In this document: in pieces, positions 56,562 through 64,000 of the stretch | How positions within the stretch are numbered: the stretch's first letter is position 1 | How the letters are laid out: each line of letters starts with the position of its first letter | Assembly (NCBI GenBank): GCA_016936815.1 | Contig: JAFGXD010000047.1 | Coordinates: 2,276-66,275 of the forward strand | Reading direction: 5' to 3' | Source: Bacteroidales bacterium | Lineage (GTDB): Bacteria; Bacteroidota; Bacteroidia; Bacteroidales; GWF2-38-335 | Length of the DNA: 64,000 nt | Notes under the pieces: model-generated | Database searches by the model: none | What the model was told of the DNA's origin: nothing | Seen by the model: only the letters and a program-made list of their open reading frames with translations | Translations under genes and position numbers: made by a program

Positions 56562-57112
56562 TAATTATTGTTTAAAATAGCTTTTGAAGAAAAATCTACC
56601 GCATCTGCTGCACTTTCAATTAGATTTGATTGATCCGTTTCTGTCCATTTATACTTTTGATTTGCTATTTCGGAAATATCTTTGTTTTCGGTCGATTTCA
56701 ATTCTTTGGTAAAATATTCAAACATAATTTCATCATAGAAATATGCTCTTGATTCATATATGTCATGATTCATTTCTCCCTCCTCTGTCCAAACAGGTTC
56801 CTCTGAATGTTCGAAGTAAAAAATGAATTTACCATCTGCATAATAAAAACTTTCTTCCGTATAATAACCTTCTTCGCCCATAGTTCTTTCAGCTTTAGCT
56901 AAATGACCATCTTCGTAATACCAAAACTTGTAATAAGCATACGGGGCATAGTTTGAATCGGGCTGATAAATATATTCGCGTTCAGAATAGTTTTCAAGGT
57001 TTTTTTCTATTAGGGCATAATGTTTTCTAACGTATGCTAATTTTTCGTCATAAGTCTGAGAAAAGGCTGAAAAGACAGCTAATACAAGGGCCAGAATTGA
57101 AATAATTTTCAT
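56561..57112 (-). CDS. Hypothetical secreted Tyr/Glu-rich protein (183 aa)
   Basis: Signal peptide MKIISILALVLAVFSAFSQ. No recognised motif. Confidence 0.5.
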   Translation of the reverse strand: MKIISILALVLAVFSAFSQTYDEKLAYVRKHYALIEKNLENYSEREYIYQPDSNYAPYAYYKFWYYEDGHLAKAERTMGEEGYYTEESFYYADGKFIFYFEHSEEPVWTEEGEMNHDIYESRAYFYDEIMFEYFTKELKSTENKDISEIANQKYKWTETDQSNLIESAADAVDFSSKAILNNN

Positions 57113-57231
57113 AAAATCAAGTTTTTGTAAAAATACAAAATATTTTAAACGGACAATACTAAAAATTTAACTACAATGAACAAAAGTAAGCTGGTTAATG
57201 TTATAAATTACAAATTATAATAATTAAAGCA

Positions 57232-57855
57232 ATGAAAACACTAATAGTAAGTTACCTGCCCGGTGGCAGTTATTCAAATACAAAACAGTTATTCGACCAT
57301 ATTTTGGGAGAATTGAAAAATACCGAAGTAGAACACCTTAATCTACTTGAAACAAGTCCTGATTTTTTTAATAATGAAAGCATAATGGCATATTATTCAA
57401 GAAATTATCAAGGAAAGGAGCTCAATCAGGCGCAAAAAGACTCTTTAAAGAAAATGGATTTATTTGCAAATCAAGTTAGTGAAGCCGATTTAGTAGTAAT
57501 GGTTTATCCAATGTATAATTTTGGAATGCCCGGAATAGTTAAGACTTGGTTCGATGGAGTTATGCAAGCAGGAGTGGCTTTCGAATATGGACCAAACGGA
57601 CCGGTAGGATTGTTTAAAAACAAAAAGGCTCTTGTTTTATTTACCAGCGGCGGATCGTATTCAGAGAAGAAATACAGTGGCAAATATCCCGATTGGGACA
57701 CAATTAGCCTTCTGTCGGAAATAGAATTTAGTTTTATGGGATTTTCGGATGTTGAGGTTGTGAGTGCTTCTACTTCAGATTCCGGTAAAAAGCAGCAGAA
57801 TATTGATTTGGCGAAACAAAAAGCAAGTGAGATTCTAAAAGGCTGGGGGGTGTAA
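57232..57855 (+). CDS. azoR: FMN-dependent NADH-azoreductase / flavodoxin-like quinone reductase
   Basis: 207 aa. MKTLIVSYLPGGSYSNT.. and ..VMVYPMYNFGMPGIVKTWFD.. match AzoR landmarks. Confidence 0.8.
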   Translation: MKTLIVSYLPGGSYSNTKQLFDHILGELKNTEVEHLNLLETSPDFFNNESIMAYYSRNYQGKELNQAQKDSLKKMDLFANQVSEADLVVMVYPMYNFGMPGIVKTWFDGVMQAGVAFEYGPNGPVGLFKNKKALVLFTSGGSYSEKKYSGKYPDWDTISLLSEIEFSFMGFSDVEVVSASTSDSGKKQQNIDLAKQKASEILKGWGV

Positions 57856-57957
57856 AAAGTGGCAAGCGACCCACATCGCACCGCTACAACCACCTACCCT
57901 TGCTACCTTCCGGTCCTGGGGGAATTCAGCGGGAGCTGATCGTGTGGGACTTGCCGG
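57856..57957 (-). ncRNA. ffs: Signal recognition particle RNA (small, 4.5S type)
   Basis: A GC-rich island in AT-rich DNA. The minus strand reads GGCAAGTCCCACACGATCAGCTCCCGCTGAATTCCCCCAGGACCGGAAGGTAGCAAGGGTAGGTGGTTGTAGCGGTGCGATGTGGGTCGCTTGCCAC-TTTTT. The terminal helix pairs GGCAAG/CTTGCC and CCCACA/TGTGGG. The conserved domain IV core is CAGGnCCGGAAGGnAGCA with a GGAA tetraloop. Ends are +/- a few nt. Confidence 0.8.
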
Positions 57958-57961
57958 AGGG

Positions 57962-57969
57962 CAAAGATA
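57962..57969 (-). promoter_or_regulatory. Candidate -7 box (TATCTTTG) for ffs
   Basis: TAnnTTTG on the minus strand. It ends 6-7 nt upstream of the first base of the SRP RNA terminal helix. Confidence 0.5.
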
Positions 57970-57996
57970 AGAAAAATTTTCATTTTTCTTATCTTT
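57963..57996. repeat. Perfect 15-bp inverted repeat overlapping the ffs -7 box
   Basis: AAAGATAAGAAAAAT-tttc-ATTTTTCTTATCTTT. Reverse complement checked base by base. Confidence 0.8.
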
Positions 57997-58102
57997 CTTA
58001 TTTTTTCTAAAAAATTTTATTGGCAACTAGTTTTGTTATAGAATATTTCTTAAAAATTCTACTAGCTGTTATATTTGAAAATCAAACTATCAAACCATCA
58101 AA

Positions 58103-58987
58103 CTAAGGTTCCAATCTAATTTTTGTTTTTACTGTTATCTCGGCATCGCTGTTATTATCTTTAAAATTTACATTCCAGATAATAGTTGCAGATTTGGGCA
58201 CTTCATAAACAGGTAATGAACTAAAAAGTCTGTCCATTTTTTCTATTGAAATTTCCTGTGAGGTATTATCAACTATAATGTTTCCCTGTTCGTCGGTTAC
58301 ATTATGTGAACCAACAAAACTATATCCCTCGCCATTGTTCACAAAACCACTAAACCCTTCAACAATAAGTTTAATCAATTCTCCGGGGTGATAAACATTA
58401 TCAACAGCAACTTCGTCTCCTTTATTAAGTAAAATTGCAGCATAAGAAGCATTGTTTATACTTACCTCAAAATCGCCGGGAGCTTTTCCTTTTACTGTAA
58501 ATATACCTACAACAGAGGCTTTATTTTCAGAGTTTTTGTCCCATAATTCCGATACAAATTTGTATTCTTTTCCTTCAACCACAGGGTAGTAGATATCTAT
58601 GTAAGCATAAATATTAGAGAAATCTTCAACCTTAATTCCTTCATCGTTAGCAAAAAGATCTTCGGTTTGCCTTAGCAACTTTTCTCCATCATAAAGACTT
58701 ATTTTAGAGCCAAGCTTGTATTTTCCTTCAACTTCCTTAAAACCCTTAAACTCGTTCATTACAACATAAAGCCTCGACCCAAACGGAGCCACAGCTTCTT
58801 CAATCTTGTTTTTGGTATCATTAAGTGAGAAATAGATGTCATTAATTTCAAGACCTTTAGAATCTACTGTAAAGGCCTCAACTTTTTCTTTTGGTTTGTC
58901 TGTTGAATCAGTTTTTTTACCATCCTCGTTCTTGCAGGAGGTAGCTAGTAAAAAAATAAGCATTGTACTTAAAATGATTGTTTTCAT
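58103..58987 (-). CDS. Lipoprotein, unknown function
   Basis: 294 aa. Lipobox MLIFLLATSC followed by a Lys/Asp-rich linker. Beta-rich composition. Confidence 0.6.
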   Translation of the reverse strand: MKTIILSTMLIFLLATSCKNEDGKKTDSTDKPKEKVEAFTVDSKGLEINDIYFSLNDTKNKIEEAVAPFGSRLYVVMNEFKGFKEVEGKYKLGSKISLYDGEKLLRQTEDLFANDEGIKVEDFSNIYAYIDIYYPVVEGKEYKFVSELWDKNSENKASVVGIFTVKGKAPGDFEVSINNASYAAILLNKGDEVAVDNVYHPGELIKLIVEGFSGFVNNGEGYSFVGSHNVTDEQGNIIVDNTSQEISIEKMDRLFSSLPVYEVPKSATIIWNVNFKDNNSDAEITVKTKIRLEP

Positions 58988-59088
58988 GTGTTAATAGTTT
59001 ATTTGTTAGTAATTATTAGGAAATTCTTTGTTAACTAAGGGTAAAACTAATAAAAAATTCTTTTCTTTGAAATTATTTTACAGAAATT

Positions 59089-60528
59089 TTGAAAAAGACC
59101 TATTTAAAAGATTTGTACTACGAGGTTCATGGAAGGCAAGTTCAACATATCCAGCCACTTCCGCCTTCCGGTTCTTACAGGGAGTATCTCCGGTTAATTG
59201 GGGAGAAGGACTCTTCTATGGGCGTGTATAATGAAGACATTAAGGAAAATGAGGCTTTTTTCTCGTTTACCAAGACTTTTCTTAAACATGGTCTTAATGT
59301 TCCTGCAATTTTAGGTACTGAAAAAGAGAAAAAAATTTACTTGCTACAAGATTTAGGCGACCTAACTTTATTTTCTTTCTTAACTGAAGCCAGGAAAGAG
59401 AAAGGATTTTCTTCTAAAATTATTGAGGTTTATAAGAAAGTTTTGGAAAAACTGCCGGAATTTCAGATTGTGGCAGGAAAGAATATCGATTATTCAAAAT
59501 GCTATCCCAGAGACAGTTTCGATCGTCAGTCTATGATGTGGGATATGAACTACTTTAAGTATTACTTTCTTAAACTGGCAAAAATTCCTTTCGACGAACA
59601 ATTGCTTGAAGATGATTTTCACAAATTCGCAGATTTTCTATTGCAAGCCGATTCTAATTATTTTCTGTACAGAGATTTTCAGTCTAGAAATATTATGCTG
59701 GTAGACGGTGAGCCGTATTTTATCGACTATCAGGGAGGGCGAAAAGGAGCTTTGCAGTATGATGTTGCTTCCTTGCTATATGATGCAAAAGCTGACATAC
59801 CTCAAATAATTAGAAATCAATTACTTGAATTTTATCTAAATGAACTCGAAAAGTACATAAAATTCGATAAAGAGCAATTCAGAAATCATTATTACGGGTA
59901 TGTAATTATTAGAATTATGCAAGCCATGGGAGCCTATGGTTTTAGAGGTTTCTACGAAAAAAAGAAACATTTTCTGGCTAGCATTCCTTATGCAATGGAA
60001 AATTTGAGGTGGATTGTAGAAAATGTGGAAATTCCTGTAGAAGTTCCAAACCTTATTAAGGTGCTTAAGGAAGTTTCAAATTCCGAAAAGCTTAAGAAAT
60101 TGGCTCCAAAAGTAAACCCTGAGAAAACTTCTGCTTTAACCGTAAGCATTACAAGTTTCTCATACAAAAAGGGTATTCCGGTTGATGAGACAGGGAATGG
60201 CGGGGGATTTGTTTTCGATTGCAGAGCTATTCACAACCCCGGAAAATATGATGAGTATAAAGAACTCACAGGAATGGATTTACCGGTTCAGCAGTTTCTG
60301 GCCGGAGAACAGGAAATGGATGATTTCTTAACCGGGGTTTTTATGCTAGTTGACCAGTCGGTTGAGAAATACATAAGCAGGGGTTTTCAAAACCTCATGG
60401 TCAATTTTGGCTGCACCGGTGGTCAACATAGATCAGTTTATTCGGCAGAAATGTTGGCCAAACATTTAAAAAGCAAGTATCCGGTAAAAATAATTTTAAA
60501 GCATCGTGAACAGGAAGAAAAAAAATAG
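59089..60528 (+). CDS. Fusion protein: APH/AmgK-like sugar kinase domain + RapZ C-terminal-like domain
   Basis: 479 aa with a TTG start. The N-terminal ~330 aa have a kinase-fold pattern (..GSYREYLRL.., ..YRDFQSRNIML..FIDYQGG..). The C-terminal ~140 aa (..ITSFSYKKGIP..FVFDCRAIHNPG....FGCTGGQHRSV..) match the RapZ/YvcJ C-terminal signature GCTGGxHRSV. Confidence 0.7.
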   Translation: MKKTYLKDLYYEVHGRQVQHIQPLPPSGSYREYLRLIGEKDSSMGVYNEDIKENEAFFSFTKTFLKHGLNVPAILGTEKEKKIYLLQDLGDLTLFSFLTEARKEKGFSSKIIEVYKKVLEKLPEFQIVAGKNIDYSKCYPRDSFDRQSMMWDMNYFKYYFLKLAKIPFDEQLLEDDFHKFADFLLQADSNYFLYRDFQSRNIMLVDGEPYFIDYQGGRKGALQYDVASLLYDAKADIPQIIRNQLLEFYLNELEKYIKFDKEQFRNHYYGYVIIRIMQAMGAYGFRGFYEKKKHFLASIPYAMENLRWIVENVEIPVEVPNLIKVLKEVSNSEKLKKLAPKVNPEKTSALTVSITSFSYKKGIPVDETGNGGGFVFDCRAIHNPGKYDEYKELTGMDLPVQQFLAGEQEMDDFLTGVFMLVDQSVEKYISRGFQNLMVNFGCTGGQHRSVYSAEMLAKHLKSKYPVKIILKHREQEEKK

Positions 60529-60531
60529 GCA

Positions 60532-61275
60532 ATGAAGGCAATGGTTTTTGCAGCGGGTTTGGGCACTAGGTTAAAACCTTTAACCAACAATAAGCCAAAA
60601 GCACTTGTAGAAGTGAAAGGTATTCCTATGCTTGAAATTGTAATAAGAAGGCTGGAGTTTTTCGGATTTAATGAAATTGTTGTTAATGTGCATCATTTTT
60701 CTGAGCAAATTATTGATTTTCTTAATAAAACAAACTTCAAGGCAAAAATATTTATTTCCGACGAAAGCAATTGCCTGTTAGATACGGGAGGAGGATTAAA
60801 GAAAGCTTCGGTGTTTTTTGATACAAAGCCGGTATTAATTCATAACGTAGACGTTATTTCGAATTTGAATTTAACCGAAATCTATCAACAGCACATAGAA
60901 TCAAATGCCTTAGCCACCTTAGCTGTAAAAAACAGAAAAACAAGCCGTTACTTTCTCTTCGATAACAACGGACAAATGATAGGCTGGAAAAATATGAAAA
61001 CCAACGAAATACGAATGTCACGCATTAGTTTAGGAAAACTAAATGCTTTAGCCTTTAGTGGAATTCATGTTGTTAGTCCTGAAATTTTCAAGCTAATGAA
61101 AAAGGAGGGTAAATTTTCTATTACAGATGTATATTTAGAGCTTTCAAGAACAAATAAAATAATTGGATATCAATGCGAGAGCAGTATGTGGATTGATTTG
61201 GGAAACGCAGATAATTTAGCAAAAGCTGAGGAATTTTTTAGGGGGAGAGAAATTCAAGGTTTTCTATTTAGTTAA
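60532..61275 (+). CDS. Sugar-1-phosphate nucleotidyltransferase (MurU-like)
   Basis: 247 aa. The N-terminal MVFAAGLGTRLKPLT is the NTP-transferase G-loop. It starts 3 nt after the kinase-fusion stop. Confidence 0.8.
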   Translation: MKAMVFAAGLGTRLKPLTNNKPKALVEVKGIPMLEIVIRRLEFFGFNEIVVNVHHFSEQIIDFLNKTNFKAKIFISDESNCLLDTGGGLKKASVFFDTKPVLIHNVDVISNLNLTEIYQQHIESNALATLAVKNRKTSRYFLFDNNGQMIGWKNMKTNEIRMSRISLGKLNALAFSGIHVVSPEIFKLMKKEGKFSITDVYLELSRTNKIIGYQCESSMWIDLGNADNLAKAEEFFRGREIQGFLFS

Positions 61276-61416
61276 GTTATTAACAAACTTTTTTGTCAAT
61301 AGAAAAAATCAGTTAGTCTAATTAGAGTTGTAAAGTATCAATTTTGTACTTGTTATGGAAACTGTATTTTAAATGTTTCGTAGAACGGATTGTTATAAAC
61401 AAATAGAAAAATTAGT

Positions 61417-64000
61417 ATGAAAATAAATAGCGTAATAATTGTGATTTGTCTTCTTTTGTATGGGTTTTTAGCCAAGTCTCAATCCTCGGCAAACTATACA
61501 TTTACAACAGCAGTGGATGCTTCATTAACCGACATGAGTTCAGGCACAACCCAGCTTGTTGCTCCCAACACAGATGGACTAAATACCGGGGTTTTTGCCG
61601 GAACATACCCTATTGGGTTCACCTTCTATTTTATGTCTATGCCATATGAAGAATTTGTTGTAACCGAAGATGGTGTAATGAGGCTTGGAAGCAGTCTTTC
61701 TCCAATAAACAGAACACCGGAAATTACCGTTAATGAGCCTAGATTATTGCCTTTTTCATCGGATATGGGAACCGGTTTTAATGGTCAGGTACACTATAAA
61801 ATTACCGGAGCTGCTCCTAACAGAGTTTGTATTGTTGAATGGCAAAACTTGCATATTTCTTATCCTAATTCAATGCCTGTAACTGGAAATTCCACATTTC
61901 AGATAAGATTGTATGAAGCAACCGGAGTTATTGAATACGTTTACGGTTACATGTTTATTACCAGAGCTAACCCTTACGGAAACTGCACAACAGCTTCAAA
62001 TCAGGATTTTGGTGCAATAGGTTTTTGTAACACAAATGCCGATAATGGGTTGCTGTACAAATCTACAAGCTATTCAAGTTCCGCAGTAGGTACAACTTTG
62101 CCTGTTGAACTTATTTCAACAAGCCTTATTGAATGTGTTGGAACCAATAATATAGAGGCTTCCGGCTTGTCGTCTTCAACAAACGGAGCTAGAAGAATTT
62201 ATGTTTTTACGCCTCCTTCCGCTCCTTCTGCGCCAACAAATCTAACTTATTCAGGTATTACTCAATCTAGTGTTACTTTACATTGGTTAGATAATGCTAC
62301 AAACGAAACTCATTATCACATTTATCGTTCCGATGATGGTGGGGCAAATTTTGAACTGGCAATGATTCTCCCGGCTAACTCAATTACATCAGGACCTATT
62401 AGTGGCTTGCCTGACAAAACTTACTACTGGAAAATTTATGCTGTTAATGAGGGTCGTAGAAGTAATGCTCTTGAAGGAAACTGCACAACACAGCCTGCGG
62501 GAACAATTCATTCAACCGTAACAGGAGGTTTATGGAGCCAAACCGCTACCTGGGAAGAAGGAGTATTGCCTGGAGTAAACGACGATGTGTTTATTCGTGA
62601 TGGAGCTACTGTTACAATTGATATTAATACAGCAGTTTGTAATAACTTGACTGTTGGTGAAGGGTCTTCAGGACATTTGGAATTTATTGGTGGGGGATCA
62701 GATGCAATATTAACTTGCGATGGAGATGTTGTGGTTTCTGCAAATGCAACATTTGATGTAAATCCCACTGTAACAGGAGGAAGTAGAAGCTTAATAATTG
62801 GTCAGAGATTTTATTCAAACAGTAATCTTACTGTAAATGGAACTTTTGATATGGACATGGGGGGCTTAAATTTCGCCAATGTTGAGTTTAGGGGAACCGT
62901 TGACGGAACAATTAGCGGAACAGGGCCAACTTGCGATTTCTATTCCATTACGGTTAATAAAGGAACAGATAATGAAAAATGTATTGAAGCTGTTAGAAAT
63001 ATTACAATTAATGCGCCTTCAGTTGCTGCAAATAGGTTAATAATATCTAATGGAACTTTTAAATTATCAGATGGTTCAAATCTTACACCTTGGTTTGGAA
63101 ATCAGACCATTTGCCCAAGTACCGGAAGAATTTGGATAAATCATGCTTCAGGGTCTTTGGAATGCGTTGGAGCAGGAACTCTTACCGGAGCCGGTAATGT
63201 TATAATTGACGGAAAGTTACAGGTTACTGCGGGAACTTTCGGCTATGGAAGTGGAGCCAACACTTGTACCGTAAACGGAACTCTTGAAGTAGACGGAGAT
63301 GATGGTATTGTAAATATTAACGGAAGGCTATATTTTGCACCTTCAGGATATTGCAACATTTTTGCAGGTAATGTGAATATTGACCCACAAGCAGGTGCAA
63401 ATCTTGCAGCCGGTAGAGTAGTTGAATTTCCTTCCCTTTCAACAGTTTTGTTTACAGGTGGAACAATGACAATTGTTGACCCAAATGCAAATAGCAGTTC
63501 TTCAGAGTTCTATATTCAAAGTAATGAACAAAATAAAGTATTTTCAGGAGCTACAATTAGATTTGGAAACGGCATTTCAAGTATAACCGGAAATGCAAAT
63601 GGTTTTACAATTGCTGTTCCCGGTCAGTATTTATTAAATATAGGCTCAATAGTAGTTAACAATCCTGCTGGTTCTAATAGGGTAGTTAGAATGACTAATA
63701 CTTCAGGTGGAGCAGCAACAACTCCTTCAACATTTAATAAACTTGAAATAATTGCCGGCACGTTTAATCTTAATGGAAGAGCAATAAGAATAATTGGTTC
63801 GGATGGTTTAATAAATAACGGAACATTTTTGGCCACAACAGCTAATAGCCGACTAATTTTTGGAGGATCTATACTGCAAACCTATTCCGGTGCCGGAACT
63901 TTAAACACAAGTAATTTAACTACACAAATTAATAATTCTTCAGGCGTTACTCTCAATAGTCCTTTAAGTACTTTGTCGCTTGTATTAACAAGTGGAAAGT
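61417..64000 (+). CDS. Large secreted surface protein, N-terminal 861 codons (3' end outside window): FN3-like domain and Gly/Thr/Asn-rich beta-helix-like repeats
   Basis: Frame 1 was translated by hand from ATG 61417 to the window end with no stop, so it is not in the track. Signal peptide MKINSVIIVICLLLYGFLAKSQS. FN3-like PSAPTNLTYSGITQSSVTLHWLDNATNETHYHIYRS. Then repeated ..NGTF.., ..GAG.. strings. Confidence 0.75.
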   Translation, partial: MKINSVIIVICLLLYGFLAKSQSSANYTFTTAVDASLTDMSSGTTQLVAPNTDGLNTGVFAGTYPIGFTFYFMSMPYEEFVVTEDGVMRLGSSLSPINRTPEITVNEPRLLPFSSDMGTGFNGQVHYKITGAAPNRVCIVEWQNLHISYPNSMPVTGNSTFQIRLYEATGVIEYVYGYMFITRANPYGNCTTASNQDFGAIGFCNTNADNGLLYKSTSYSSSAVGTTLPVELISTSLIECVGTNNIEASGLSSSTNGARRIYVFTPPSAPSAPTNLTYSGITQSSVTLHWLDNATNETHYHIYRSDDGGANFELAMILPANSITSGPISGLPDKTYYWKIYAVNEGRRSNALEGNCTTQPAGTIHSTVTGGLWSQTATWEEGVLPGVNDDVFIRDGATVTIDINTAVCNNLTVGEGSSGHLEFIGGGSDAILTCDGDVVVSANATFDVNPTVTGGSRSLIIGQRFYSNSNLTVNGTFDMDMGGLNFANVEFRGTVDGTISGTGPTCDFYSITVNKGTDNEKCIEAVRNITINAPSVAANRLIISNGTFKLSDGSNLTPWFGNQTICPSTGRIWINHASGSLECVGAGTLTGAGNVIIDGKLQVTAGTFGYGSGANTCTVNGTLEVDGDDGIVNINGRLYFAPSGYCNIFAGNVNIDPQAGANLAAGRVVEFPSLSTVLFTGGTMTIVDPNANSSSSEFYIQSNEQNKVFSGATIRFGNGISSITGNANGFTIAVPGQYLLNIGSIVVNNPAGSNRVVRMTNTSGGAATTPSTFNKLEIIAGTFNLNGRAIRIIGSDGLINNGTFLATTANSRLIFGGSILQTYSGAGTLNTSNLTTQINNSSGVTLNSPLSTLSLVLTSGK

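Noticed and set aside
57504-58026. Two minus-strand ORFs (129 aa and 63 aa) spanning the azoR 3' end and the GC-rich patch.
   Set aside because: The GC-rich patch folds as an SRP RNA with the conserved domain IV core. The ORFs are read-through of that RNA gene and antisense to azoR.
59028-59231. 67-aa ORF overlapping the start of the kinase-fusion gene.
   Set aside because: It is out of frame with the 479-aa ORF, whose N-terminus already matches the kinase family pattern from the TTG at 59089.
61446-61649. 67-aa track ORF at the start of the last gene.
   Set aside because: It is out of frame inside the 861-codon open frame that starts at ATG 61417 with a good signal peptide.

Overview
Low-GC chromosomal segment that looks like Bacteroidota. 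Evidence: five or more proteins ending in T9SS-type C-terminal sorting domains, gingipain-like C25 peptidases, SprB/PKD/HYR surface modules, TAnnTTTG -7 boxes, and frequent lipoprotein signals. Housekeeping genes: tatD fragment, ansA, tRNA-Ser(GGA), exbB-exbD-exbD, ispD, lepA, purD, plsC-like, ffs (SRP RNA), azoR. These are interleaved with large surface and secreted proteins. The best candidate for an uncharacterised system is at 25.0-26.9 kb. There, a radical SAM/SPASM enzyme is translationally coupled to three tandem small lipoprotein-like precursors sharing a Y-G-x-P..[YF] motif, followed by a TetR regulator. Other points of note: (1) a 2.24-kb islet (38.1-40.4 kb) bounded by a 47-bp duplication of the 5' end of a C-N hydrolase gene. 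It carries a ParE/RelE-type TA pair, an orphan Rhs C-terminal fragment and two copies of a ~420-450 bp hairpin-module repeat. (2) Two tandem C25 peptidase genes share a gap-free 1062-bp PKD/choice-of-anchor-like/PKD cassette. (3) A 1113-aa secreted protein has an unrecognised N-terminal half and three ricin-type trefoils. (4) An ECF sigma/anti-sigma cluster is flanked by barrel-less CarboxypepD_reg/Plug proteins. (5) Two adjacent genes have damaged 5' ends: one has an in-frame TAA after a lipoprotein signal peptide, the other a signal peptide with no canonical start. (6) A decayed IS66-type remnant is present. No CRISPR array, rRNA or intact transposase or integrase was seen. All calls come from reading the sequence and the ORF track, and no database search was run.
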